64,000 nucleotides of DNA from Blastocladiella emersonii ATCC 22665 (Eukaryota > Fungi > Blastocladiomycota): the NCBI GenBank assembly GCA_025594325.1, contig JANHCV010000013.1, positions 868,001-932,000 on the forward strand, read 5' to 3'. The position numbers and the translations under genes were made by a program. A model generated the notes under the pieces. The model did not search any database, was not told where the DNA came from, and saw only the letters and a program-made list of their open reading frames with translations. This document shows positions 46,001 through 57,450 of the stretch, piece after piece. The first letter of the stretch is position 1, and the number at the start of each line of letters is the position of its first letter.

Positions 46001-47134
46001 ATGAATGCCATGAACCTGACCTACTCGGTGCACCGCGCCGCGCGCCTCGCCGTCGGCGTGCGCACCATCGCCGCGTCGCGCGGTCTCTCGCACTCGGCGC
46101 CGGTGCCGTCGGCGTCCGATATCGACCTGGCGCACGGCTCGCCGCGGGCGCAGGCGCTGAGTTCGCTGCTGTCGCACTTCCGGGCGCCGATCCGGTTCGC
46201 GTTCGCGTACGGGTCGGCCGTGTTCCCGCAGGCGGGCTACACCGCCGCCACCGACGCCGACGCGCCCATGGTCGACCTGGTCTTCGGCGTGACGCACGCG
46301 GCGCACTGGCACTCGATCAACCTGGCGCAGAATCCGGGTCACTACTCGGGCCTCCGCCATCTCGGCAGCTCCGCGGTCGCCGCGGTGCAGGACGCGGGCG
46401 CGGGCGTGTACTACAACCCGTACGTGACGCTGCCGTGCGGGACGAGCGTCAAGTACGGCGTCGTCTCAATCGACCGGCTCACGTCGGACCTGGCGCGGTG
46501 GGACTCGCTGTACCTCGCGGGCCGCATGCACAAGCCGATCCAGGTGCTCCGCCACGACTCGCGCGTGTCGCTCGCGCAGTGGGCGAACTTGGCGCACGCG
46601 CTGCGCGTCGCGTTCCTCTCCCTCCCCCCAACTTTTGCGACCGACGACCTGTACCGCGCCGTCGCCAGCATGTCGTACCGCGGCGACTTCCGCACCGCGA
46701 TCCCGGGGCTCGAGAACCCGCACAAGGTCACCAACTTGGTCGCGCGCCAGGCATACTACTTCGCGCACATCTACCGCCCGCTGATCGCCCCCGGCCCCGA
46801 CGCCGAGTTTTCCGAGATCGCCGCGTGGAATGGGGATACGGTCGAGGTCAGCGCCGAACCCAAGACGCGCGCCGCGATGCTCGCCGCGCTCCCGCCCAAG
46901 TTCCTCGCGCGCGTCGCCAACGCGTTCGGGCACGTGGGCGAGGTCGACCACGCGGCGGCCATGACGATGGCGACGTCGCCGAAACTGCGGGATGCGATTG
47001 ATAAGGCCCTCGTGCGCACGATCGCCCGCCCCGCGCTCGTCCAGTCGGCCAAGGGCGTGCTGACCGCGGGCCCCGCCAAGACGGTCGCGTACGCGGCGGC
47101 CAAGATCCGCAAGGGCGTGGCGGCGAAGAAATGA
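46001..47134 (+). CDS. TAM41: Mitochondrial phosphatidate cytidylyltransferase Tam41
   Basis: Mitochondrial presequence-like N-terminus, then FAFAYGSAVFPQ, VDLVFGV, VYYNPYV, KYGVVS, LYLAGRMHKP, SYRGDFR and KGVLTAG. Confidence 0.95.
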   Translation: MNAMNLTYSVHRAARLAVGVRTIAASRGLSHSAPVPSASDIDLAHGSPRAQALSSLLSHFRAPIRFAFAYGSAVFPQAGYTAATDADAPMVDLVFGVTHAAHWHSINLAQNPGHYSGLRHLGSSAVAAVQDAGAGVYYNPYVTLPCGTSVKYGVVSIDRLTSDLARWDSLYLAGRMHKPIQVLRHDSRVSLAQWANLAHALRVAFLSLPPTFATDDLYRAVASMSYRGDFRTAIPGLENPHKVTNLVARQAYYFAHIYRPLIAPGPDAEFSEIAAWNGDTVEVSAEPKTRAAMLAALPPKFLARVANAFGHVGEVDHAAAMTMATSPKLRDAIDKALVRTIARPALVQSAKGVLTAGPAKTVAYAAAKIRKGVAAKK

Positions 47135-47146
47135 TTGAATGGATGT

Positions 47147-50100
47147 CTATTCTTCACTACTACGCTGCGCCAGCATCGCCGCCGCCTCGTCCAACATCTC
47201 GGACGGGGGTGAAGTGAACGCGAACTGCGCAACCGTACGCGCGGCCGCGAGCCACGCTGCGTCGTCGCCTGTCATGGCCGCGAGGCGCGCTTGCGCGAGG
47301 GCGTGCACGCCTGCGAGGTCGGACGCGGTGCCTGGCGAGGTGGCGAGGGAGAGGGCCGACAGGGATTTGGCGGCGATGGCGTGGAGGTCGTCGGTCGTGG
47401 ACTACACGCGCGAGGGGAAGGAGGGTGGGTGAGTGCGGGCGGGGTCACTGACGAGAGAGAAGCAGGGGGCGAAGGTGATGATGGGTTTGAACTGTTTTTG
47501 TCTTTTTTTTTTGTGATGTGATAGCGGGGCGGGGTACAGCGAAGGGAGAGGGAACGATTTCAACGGAATCAAAACGGCGAGAAACGAGAGCAGCGACCAC
47601 GGCCACGACCATGGCCACGGCGGACGCGACGCAGACGAGCGCCGCCGCCCGCCGACCACGACCACGGCCACGCCTCGGGGGGAGCAAGGGAATCAAACCA
47701 TGTTCGCAACCGCATCCTTGGCGGCTGTAGCAGTACTTACCTCGTTGTTGGACCGGTACAGCGCGCGGCGGAGCGACGCCGAGATGGACCGGAGCGTCGA
47801 TGTCGCGGAACTCGCCGCGCTCGTCGTTGGCGCAGGCTCGGGCCGGCGGGACCAGTCGTGCACAGGCGTCGGCGTCGTGACATCCTCCTCATCATCATCC
47901 TCGTCCCCCTCGTCCGACCCATACACCGAGTCGGGCCGGCGGTGCCGCCGCCCGCCGAACTCGGCGTACACGGGCGAGTACAGACTCCCCGCGTCCCCGT
48001 CCCCGTCGACACCCGGGTACGCCGCGTCCGCGTCCGCATCAAACTCGCCGCGGTACAGGTGCATCGACGACCGCGAGTACTCGGTGGCGGTATCCGCATG
48101 GAACGACGCGGCGGTCGGGGTCCGCGCCGCGCGGGTAGCGGGGGTCCGGCCGCCGCCGCTTGCGCTGGCGCTGGCGCTGCCCGCGCCGCCCGTGTGGATC
48201 TCGGTGCGGACCGAGGACGTGGAACTGGACGAGTCGTACCCGGCGGTCGCGGCGGCGCCGAGACTGTGCGGGCCCGTCGCAGCGTGGCGGTGAGACGCGT
48301 TCGACCCGGACCCGGACCCGGACCCGCGGCGCGACGGCGCGCCCGAGTGCAGCCTAGGCATCGACGCGATCGAGAGGGTATCGAGCTCCACATCTTCCTC
48401 GCCCGCACCTTCGTCACCTCCATCGAGCCGCTGCATCTCCTCCTCCTCGCCCTCCTCCGCGTCATCCCCCTCATCCTCATCCACACTGAGCCCACCAAAC
48501 TCGGCCGCCTTGATCGCGCGCGCGTCGAGGTCATCGTGCGACACGGCGCGCGCGTGGTGCATCATGAGGTGCGGCCGCGGGAGATGGCTCGCGACGAGGT
48601 GGTACTTTCGCGGCGAGTGCGGCAGGCCCATGCGGCCGTACGGCAGCGAGCGCGCGGGGGACGCCATGCGGCGGCGCGACCCGCGGAGTGTCGCGGCGGT
48701 CGAGATGCGGAGCTGCGGCGGGAGTCGGCGCTGGCGAGGGGTGAGCAGGCCGGGGTCGGTGCAGATCGACTCGTCGTCGTCGTGGGAGTCGAGGTCGCCG
48801 GCCTCGGCGTCGTCCGTGTACGCGTCGGACGTGTCGTCGTACTCGTCCTCGGTCGTCGACACGGGCGGGCCGGGCGCGGGCGCGGGCGCCGTGTGCCGGC
48901 GGATGTGGTGGGGGTGGATGGGTTCGGGGCTCGCGGTGCGCGTGAAGCCCGTGGCGGCCGGGGTGGGCGTGCGGACCGACTTGAACGGCGATCCGCCGCG
49001 GCGCCCACCCCCACCGGTACCCATGAACCGGCGCATCGGGCTGCGCGGGATCGGCGGGACGGGCGGAACCCCCGCCGACCGCGACAGCGGCTGCTGCGGA
49101 ACCGTCTCGGTCGTCGTCGGCGGTGGCGTCCGGGTCAGCACCCGCTCGCGCTGCCCGCCTCCGGCGACCGCCGCCGTGTGCCAGTCATGCAGCCGCGCGA
49201 GATCTTCGGAATCGAACGTAGCGAGGGACCACCGCGACGTCCCCCCTGCCGCCCTCAACCCCGTCCGCGGGCGCGGGACGGGGACCGGCGGCGCGTCGGC
49301 GTCGGGCGCGAACACGGACCCTCCGGCGGCGGTCGCGAACGTGGTGCCCGAGTGCGAGTGCGAGCGGGACCGCGGGAAGTCGAGCGTCGTGTCCAGGGTC
49401 GCGGCACGCGCGGGCGGCGGCGGCGGGGGAGCGACGCGCGAGGGAGGCGCGCCGAGGAAGGTGCGGTAGTCGCGCGGGGCGAACTCGTCGGTTGCCGATG
49501 AGGATTTTTCGGGTTTGCCGGAGTCGCCCGCGAGCAGTGGTGTGTTTTCGCCGCCGCGGCGGTTGCCCGCGAACGCCGACGCGCGGTCGCCCCCAGCGGT
49601 GCGCCTTGACGAGCGGACGGACGCGTACCGCGACGAGGAGTCGAGGTTCGAGGAGGAGGGTGGCGAGGCGGAGAGCGGGGCGGGGAGGAGCGCGGGTTGC
49701 GCGACGGTGGAGCCGGGCCACGGGGGCAGGACGGCAGCGCACGCGCGTGCATGGGCGTGCTCAAGTAGCGGGAGCAGCGACGAGACGGCGAGGTACGCGA
49801 GGACGGGCGCGAGGCGCGGGTGCGGCAGCGTCGCGAGGGTGATGGTCTTGGCGAGGGCGTAGATGGCGGTCACCTGTCCGACAAAGTTAGCGATGGCGGG
49901 CGGAGTTTGACAGAGCGGGGAACTGTACCAGCGTAACGAGCAGCGGCGACACCACAAACCTGCCCGTCACCATCCCCGCCGCGAGGAGCACGACGCGCGA
50001 AAAGTTCACAATGGCGAGATCGACAACGCTCGCCGGGTGCTTGCCCGTGACCGGGTCCGGCCCCGCGGCGGCGAGCGGGACGAACAGGGCGACCGAGCAC

Positions 50101-50618
50101 ACGAGGTCGAGGGCGACGAGGACGGCGAAGGCGCGGCGCGAGACGACGGCCGCGCGCATTCTTTCCCCCCAAAACCTTGGCGGCGCGGCGGCAGCGGCGG
50201 CAGGGCGCACGGGAAGCAGCGTGAGCGACGGCGTCGGCGACCTCGCCATGGTGGCGGGCGGGACGACGTAGAGCGGGTTGAAGGCGCCGATGGGCGCGGA
50301 CCCGTTACCCGCGGCGGTGCCGCCGTTGTTGGACAGGATGCGCGAGGTCGGCGGGATGCCGAGCAGGCTGTCGGACGGGTGCGGCGGGAACTCGGCCGAG
50401 GGGCCCGCGAGCGTTGCCGGCGCAGCGGCGGGGGGTGGTGGCGACGCCCGCTGCCTGCCGTTCCGTGGCGGCGCGGGCGGGGGCGGCGGGGGAGGGGACA
50501 GCAGCGGCGGGAAGTGCGCGCGCAGGTCCTCGTACGAAGACGCGGCGACGGGCCGTTGCGGCGCCGGCGCGGGTTTCGGGTGGCCCGAGGAGAGCCAGCC
50601 GGTGCTGGACGAGGCCAT
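47147..50618 (-). CDS. Membrane protein with a MENTAL-like 4-helix domain and a long disordered C-terminal region (3 exons)
   Basis: RRAFAVLVALDLVCS / DLAIVNFSRVVLL / LVTLVTAIYALAKTI / YLAVSSLLPLLEH match, in order, the four segments of the STARD3/STARD3NL MENTAL domain. Introns at ~49880-49930 and ~47405-47740; last exon ends at TAG 47147. Confidence 0.65.
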
Positions 50619-51547
50619 GGCTTCGGGGTGGGACGATGGGTTACGAGGGGGAGACGGATTCGAGGAACGACGGGCCAGCCGAAGACGGGAAGGAATGCAA
50701 GGGAGCAAGTGCGGCAAGTTGCGATGTCAGCGTCGAAGCTTCATGGGATAGGTTGCGGATGGTCGTTGGGAGAAGCGATGGGTTGCGAGACGAGGGTGGG
50801 AGGAGAAGCCCGGCCGGCGAGGCGGGGGCGGGCCAGCAAGCCCGCGGCGTGGGAAATCCGCTCTCTCCTCTGCTCTCACGTCAGTGCCGCTCTGCTCTCG
50901 CTCGGCAAACGTTCAGCAATCGGACGTGACCGGGCTGGGCAGCACGGCGGGGCGAGGTGAGGTGACCAACCTTATTCTTGGGCCGGGCCGGGCAGCAGCG
51001 AGGTGAGGCGGCGACCGCGACCACCGCAGCAGCAGCACTTGTCCCGGCGTCACGCCAGCCCTGCAGCTGCCTGCATCTAGAAGCCGCGAGTGGATCGGCG
51101 GCCGATCGTTCGCTCTCCGCCTCCCGAACGAACAACGAACGGATGGCGCCCATTCGGAGTGTGAGACGCGCCGTGAGACGCGACGGGAAACCACGCCAGA
51201 GTCGCGTGTTCTCACCGAGACGGTGTGCCGCGCGGGGTGGTCGCGGAGGGCAGGCAGGCGCGGCTGAGACGGGCGGCGGCGGCGGTGCGGCGCAACGCGC
51301 TTTCCAGGGGAAGTGACGCGTCGCTGAATCACCGTGACGCGCGCTGACCTCACCGCCTTCCGCGCGGGGGAGGTGTGGCCATCGCAAGGAGAGGAAAGCG
51401 GGTCGCGCGACTGGGCCACGTGGGCGCAGCTGACCCCGTTGACGCGCACCCTCGCCGACGCGTCGCGCTCATCGCTCCTCTCTCTTCCTCACCCGCAACT
51501 AATTACGCACCGAGACACCATGCAACGCACCCCATGAACCAACCGCA

Positions 51548-54135
51548 ATGAGCCTCCTCTCGCGCCTGCTCGCCGCCGTGCGCGACCCGGGCTCGGTCCC
51601 CGCCAGCACCGCCACCGTGGCCCCCGCTTCCGCTTCGCCGTCGCCGCTGCGCCAGGGGTACCTCGCCACGGCGGCTGCTGCTGCTGCCGCGGCCGCCGCG
51701 TCGACACCCACGAAACCCAATGGCGTCGGCAGCCCCGTCGGCAGCGACTCGGCCGCGCTGCTCGACCGGTTCCACCGCGCGTGGTCGCACATCCAGTCGG
51801 CCGTCTTCTACGCCGACACCGCCGACCGCGGCACCGAGGTCCCCGTCGACGACGCCGCGCGGCATCTCTCCGTGCTCGTCGCGACGCTCGTGCAGGAGGC
51901 TGGTCCCACGGATCCCGCCACAACGAGTTCAGCCTCCCCACTGCGCCGCACTTCGCGACGGAAACCGTGCCTCGACTACCTGCTGACGCACCACGTCCTC
52001 GACAAGCTCGTCGAGCTGTCGGAAAACGACCAGCCCGCGGGCCTGCGCGGCCATGTCATCCGCGCCTTCACCGCGCTCGTCGCGCGGCTCGACGACCGCT
52101 TCCTCATCCACGACCCCGTCCACCGCGCGTCCGTCCGCCTCATCCACTCGTGCCTCGACCACGTACGCCACGCCAACCTCTACGAGCACGAGCTGTTCGC
52201 CTTCGCCCACGTCGTCTGCGATAAGGTCCACCGCGCGCCCGAGCTCCTGTGGGTCCTGTTCCACGACCGCAGGCACTGGTCGCGAGAACCGGTGCCTGTC
52301 GCGGTGGCGGGGTCGCCGCATACGCCGTCGCGACGAACACTGCATCGGTCGTCGTCCAGCATCGCCTCGTCCTCCGATATCACCCCGCCCGCGCCGCCAC
52401 CACTCGACTTCCCCCTCTTCGAGTTCCTCCTGCGCGGCGTGCACCGCGACGGCTTCCCGGGCACCGCGTCGCGCGCCTCGCTCGTCCTGCTCCTCGCGCA
52501 CGCGACCGGCCTGTTCCGCGAGTACCTCCTCACCCGCAGCGAATTCCTCGACAACCTCGCCGCGTCGCTCTCCGCGCTCTTCGCCGCCCTGGTCTCCACC
52601 GACCCGCAAGACCGCAACACGTACGCGCGCCCGCTGTTCCTCGAGTTCGTTGCCTTCCTCGACCACGCCGTCCGCGCGTGTCCCTCGGCCACCGTCGTCC
52701 TCGCGCTGCTGGCGAGGATCCGGACGGTCGTCCTCGACGCCGTCGTCGCCCCGCTCCTGTGCCGCGCGCTCGCCACGCCGTGGGACGCCGAGCAGGTGTA
52801 CGATACCCTCGCGCACCTCGACGCGGTGCTGGGCGTGCTTGGGGTGGACGAGGAGGGTGGGCCCGTCGCGCGGCTCGTTGTCGAGTTTCTCCTCGCCGAC
52901 CCCGCCACCACGGCGTCGCGAGCGGGTGAGGCGGAGGCGGACCTACTCGCCCGCATCGAGCACGCCGTCGAAGCCGACGCGAAAGCGCACGCGCGCGACC
53001 CCGCGGCCTCGCTCCGCGAGTCGGGGCTTGCGCGCGCCGTCTCCGCCGTCTCCCTCACTTCTTCCGCTGATGCCCGCCCCGCCACCCCGCCAAGACGTAC
53101 CTCCCGCTCCCCGCGCACCGTCATCCTCGCCGAATTCGCCCGCCTCGCGTCCGGCCGCCCGCTGTCGTTCACCGGCCGACCCGATACCCCCGACTCGCGC
53201 GCGGGCTCGCCTGTTGACGTGACCACGTCCGCGGAGGAGATGGCGGGGCTCGAGCGCAAGTCGCGCATCGTGCTCGTCCTCCTGCACGGCGTTGTGAGAA
53301 GGAATCCGGGGTTCGCTGTGCCGCTGCTCGTCGGGACGGGGGCGGGGGAGGGAGAAGGGGTGGTGGGTCTGCAGGAGTACGCGGCGCGCGCGGAGAAGTG
53401 GTTCGCGGCGGCCGAGGCCGCGGGGCGCGTCAAGGCCGAGTTCTGGGCGGCGCGCGGGAGCGGGGTCGAGCCGTACCTCGCCGCGGCGGAGGCGGAGGTG
53501 GTTTTTGGGGGAGAGGACGAGGAGATCGATTTCGCGGCGGTGCAAGAAGAGGACGAGGACGCGATCGCTGAGCGGTGGCTCTCACCCACCTCCTCCGCCC
53601 CCGCCGCCGCTGCTGCCGCCACGCCGCGCTCCCCCAGCGCCGCATCGCCCACCCCCACACCCATGCCCAACGACGGCCAAGACCGCGACACGTTCCTCGC
53701 TCATCTCGTCTCCGCCGCAGCACAGTGGTCCGCGCGCCCGCCCGCCGTCAACCTGCTCGTCACGGGCATCCTCACCGCGCTCGCCGCCGGCCGGCCCGCG
53801 GGCGCGGCGAACGTGGCGAGGGTCGCGGGGGAGTGGGCCAGGGTCGTGGTCGCGGGGATCCCGGCTGCGGTTATGGTACGTGATGATGGTGAAGATTGGG
53901 TTGGAGTGGGTGGCTGACGTTTTGGCGGAACTTGTAGCTCCAGTTCGCGCACGACGAGGAAGGAGGACCAGGACCAGGAGGGGAAGACGGGCTGACGCGG
54001 CGCGAGCGGTCCGAGAACTCGCGCATCATGGCCGAGTTCGCCAAGGAGGCCGTCGCCGTGTTCCTCGTCCACGCCGCGCGGTGTGAGCGCGTTGTTGCCG
54101 TCTTGCCAGTGGCTGCGGCGGGGGTCGCGGAGTGA
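51548..54135 (+). CDS. FHIP/FAM160 (RAI16-like, FTS-Hook-interacting protein) family member
   Basis: PCLDYLLTHHVLDKLVEL, LFEFLLRGVHRDG...RASLV, QWSARPPAVNLLVTGILTALA, and after an intron (~53877-53937) ENSRIMAEFAKEAVA. Confidence 0.85.
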
Positions 54136-55491
54136 GAAGGGGGAATATACCGGGCAATGGGAATACTCGTATCACGACGCTAGCTGAGCGGTACGACGGG
54201 GGGCGACGCCGCGCAGCGCGCATGCACGTTCGCGCGTCTGGTGCGCGAGACACACCTCAGAACGTTCTCAGCGGTTGCACCCCCGCTTCCGCCAAATGTC
54301 CGTCTTACGTTGGATGATCTGTCGCGCACACCTCGAGTCGAGCGAGCTCAGACAACGGAGGAACCGGTACACGTCGCGTACCGTCGCCGCTCGTTTCCGC
54401 GGTAACGTAGCGCTGTTTATCGTCGTTGCTGCAGATCTGCGCCGCCTCGGCTTCAACAGCGTTAGTTATGAAGCGCTCTAGCTGAGGCGGACGGTGTCCA
54501 ACTTGGACTGCTGAAGCGGGTAAGCTCAACCTCGCGCAGGAAGGGAAGCAACGCGGTAATGGTCGTGATGAGCGCGTCGTCGCTTCACGTGCGGGTATGC
54601 GGTAGCCAGTAGGAGTGAGAAGCCGTCCTGGCACTCGCGTTGGCCGGACCGTTCCTGCGTTGATCACGTGAACACGCGATGTTCATTTCGCGAGCGCTTT
54701 GCACCGGTCGCTGCAACGCGATAGAAAAAAAGAGTTATAGCCTTCTTTTGCCTGTGTTCTGGCTTTCAAATCTACGTCAATTGCCGTTTTCGCGCGCTCC
54801 TGCTTCAAAAGCGCGAAAAGCAAATGCATTCAATCACGACACGAGTCCCGACACGGGCACAAACACCAACGCGTGGTTTGCTCAGTCCTCGCTCACCGGA
54901 AGGAGACCCGCCAACTTGCTCTTGGTCGGTGCAAGCCGCCGGAGCTCAGCGAGGTACGCGCAGTTGTTCACGCCGCCATCATGTACGAGGTCGTTTGCGA
55001 GCTCGCGGACCTGCTCGGGCGTCAAGCGGCCGTTGAGAGAGCGAGCGGGCAGCGCTTTCAGACCTCGAAGGGGAAGCGGAACCAGGAATCGCATGATCGA
55101 TCCGCGTCGTGCTCGAGCAGGGCGGTGAGAACGACCTCGGTCAGGCCCGCCCCGTGACGACACGGAGCGGTCGGGTCGCCGCCGTCAAAATGCATCGCGT
55201 GACTTGTCACTTGATTTCGCGACGCGTCTCCGTCACCTGTCTCGCGTCTCTCGTTCAACATGCTCATTGTGCCCGCTGCTGTAGGTAGCAGGAACGTCAT
55301 GGCGGATCCGTTTTGTCCACTCTCACATCATAGCACCCGCGTCCGTCTTAGGGAACTCAGTTGCGTCGGGCACGTCACAATCAGCATCGCAAATCCGTGC
55401 CTTGCGAATTTGCGGCCAATTTACATGGTTTGGAGGCAAATTTTAAACCTGAGCAAATTTGCACCAAATTGAGCGGCGGCCCGCGGTTCGG

Positions 55492-56760
55492 CTAGGACAG
55501 CAAATTTGCAACCAATTGCCGTTCAATCTGCTGCGACTTGATGGCAGATTTGATGGCCAATTGGTGAGGCGAGCAACCCGATTGGTGCACGAATTGATGG
55601 CATATTCTCAAGATGGGGACTGCGTTTTGTGCAAATTTGCGAGTGTATTGCGTACAGGGAGATCTCAGATACAGGTCAGGTCGCCACCGCCGCGGGTCGC
55701 GCGGCATGCGAGTCGGAATCCCGGCCCATGCGCGACGACGATGCACGACAAGCAGGTACCCGAGCGGAGAGCAGACGCCGTCGCCAGCACCAGGTCTCCG
55801 CACTCGAAGCCGCCGACCGTGACCCAAACCGCGTGCGCGTCGCACTTGCTGCGATCCACGGTCAGGTCGCGCCACGACCCCGAGTACAGAAACCGGCCGG
55901 GCGAGATGGTCGTCAGAGATCGCTGCTACAAGCAAGAAAGGTCCGAGAGCTCATGTGAGTCGCGCTGCGCCTCGAGCGGCGTGTGACGAGGGCGTACCGA
56001 GTCGCCTCGAATACGGCGCCGTACAGCTTGCGGATGCTGCGCGCCAGTTGTTCATCCGTTGAGAGGCGGCGGGTCGATAGTGTAGCGAGAGACCAGTGGA
56101 TCACGAGGGGCTACGAGGAGCAATGCGAGCGAGCATGTCAGTCGCGCGCCAACTCTTGCGCAGCGACGAGAAGTGTCAAGCGTACCTGCGACTGGGACTT
56201 GACGCACGCGGTGGCCGCGGTCGAACCGCTTGAGCGAGCCTGTCGGCGCTACTGGCGCGAGCGTGCAGCGTGAGTGCATGAGACACGCGGAGACGGCGTA
56301 CCGTCGCGAGCGAGGCTGGCTCGATGGTCTCAGGTCCATGAGTCGCCAAATGTTGAGTCCCTGGTGGCGGACGCGCGCCGGCGGCTACATGGGCACCGCA
56401 CAGGTGTCAGCACCTTTGACGAGCGCGCACGCGGCTGGTAGCCCGGTGGGGTCCCCTTGCGCTGCGCCGTGCTGCGCCCGAGGAACGAGCGCGGCGGAGC
56501 CCGCGTACGACGGTGCGCACGCGCGGCAGCGACGACACCGCTGGTCTCACAGCGCGTCGTCGACGCGCCAGAGCTGAGTGTGAAGGGCACCACACCGGGC
56601 GCACCGCCACGGGAGCGCAACACGACGGTCGGCGCGATGGGAGCCAAGCGCGCGGCGGCGGGCGCGGCAGCGGGATGTGACGCGTACCTGTTGACGGTGG
56701 CCGCGTGGTTGCCGCGCGTCGAGATCGTAGTGTGCTTCTTTGGTGGACGGGTGATACATT
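55492..56760 (-). pseudogene. Decayed multi-exon gene of unknown function
   Basis: Several canonical-looking introns on the minus strand (GTACGC...CTGAC...CTCGTAG at ~56110-56185; GTACGC...CTCAC...TTGTAG at ~55930-55998) separate protein-like segments, but splicing gives premature stops. Confidence 0.3.
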
Positions 56761-57118
56761 GCAGCGAGTGGTGATAAGCGAGAGAGCGGGGACCGACCGC
56801 GGCGTGGCGAAGAGTCACTCGCTCCCCCGACGCGCGCTCGCGGCAAAGTCCAAGCCAAGCTGTGTCACGTGCGGGTGACCGCACACGTGTTTTCGCGACG
56901 CGTCTCGCACCCCGTCTCGCAACCCGCCGTGCCACGACTCTCGCTCAGTTTCGCTAGCCTTGAAACGCCCGGTTAAAAAAAAAACGACAAGCTGCACTTA
57001 AAAGCAGGACTGCGAGGGGAGGAGGGAGGAACTGGGCAAGCACGGCGCGTTTGGGGTCGTGACGCGGCCGCGCGGTTACCCCCCTTTGTTCTCGAGTCGA
57101 TCAAAGCTTAGATGTTGG

Positions 57119-57450
57119 TTAGGCTTTGGAAGCGACGAGACCCTTGTCATGACAGTTGCTGGGGTCGCAGCTCGCCGTCCCATTCCACGCATTCGTGTCC
57201 ACAGCGAGCACCCACCGTTTCCTTCGTGAACTGGGGCCGAGAAGCGAGCCGGGTCTGATAACCGTGTAACGGTCGTACGAACATACTAAGAGCGAGCTCA
57301 TGCCTTCGGCTCTCTTGCCTGCGCGACGACAGCCGGATGTTACGGATGCGGCTGGACTCAGCCGCAAAGGTCATCCATCGCGGATTGAAGGGGACCTTGC
57401 GCCTGAACGAGCTCGCAGGCCAAGCGTGAACGGACGCGGCCAACGTGACC
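57119..57450 (-). pseudogene. Fragment of a TIP30/HTATIP2 (Fmp52)-like atypical short-chain dehydrogenase
   Basis: KRAEG...SYDRYTVIRPGSLLG resembles the TIP30 K..E...FDRYSVFRPGVLL motif. The upstream part is broken by stops and frameshifts. Confidence 0.4.

Noticed and set aside
47445-47696. Hydrophobic ORF inside the last intron of the MENTAL-like gene
   Set aside because: No splice sites linking it in frame; likely low-complexity chance.
42398-54086. Many long antisense or alternative-frame ORFs (e.g. 42398-45298+, 42624-44855+, 47858-49501+, 52180-53691-)
   Set aside because: Shadows of very GC-rich real genes (MSH6, MENTAL-like, FHIP); Arg/Ala/Pro-rich with no motifs.
54882-55163. RLTPEQVRELANDL segment suggesting a Tc1/mariner HTH
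   Set aside because: No DDE domain or TIRs nearby; weak similarity.
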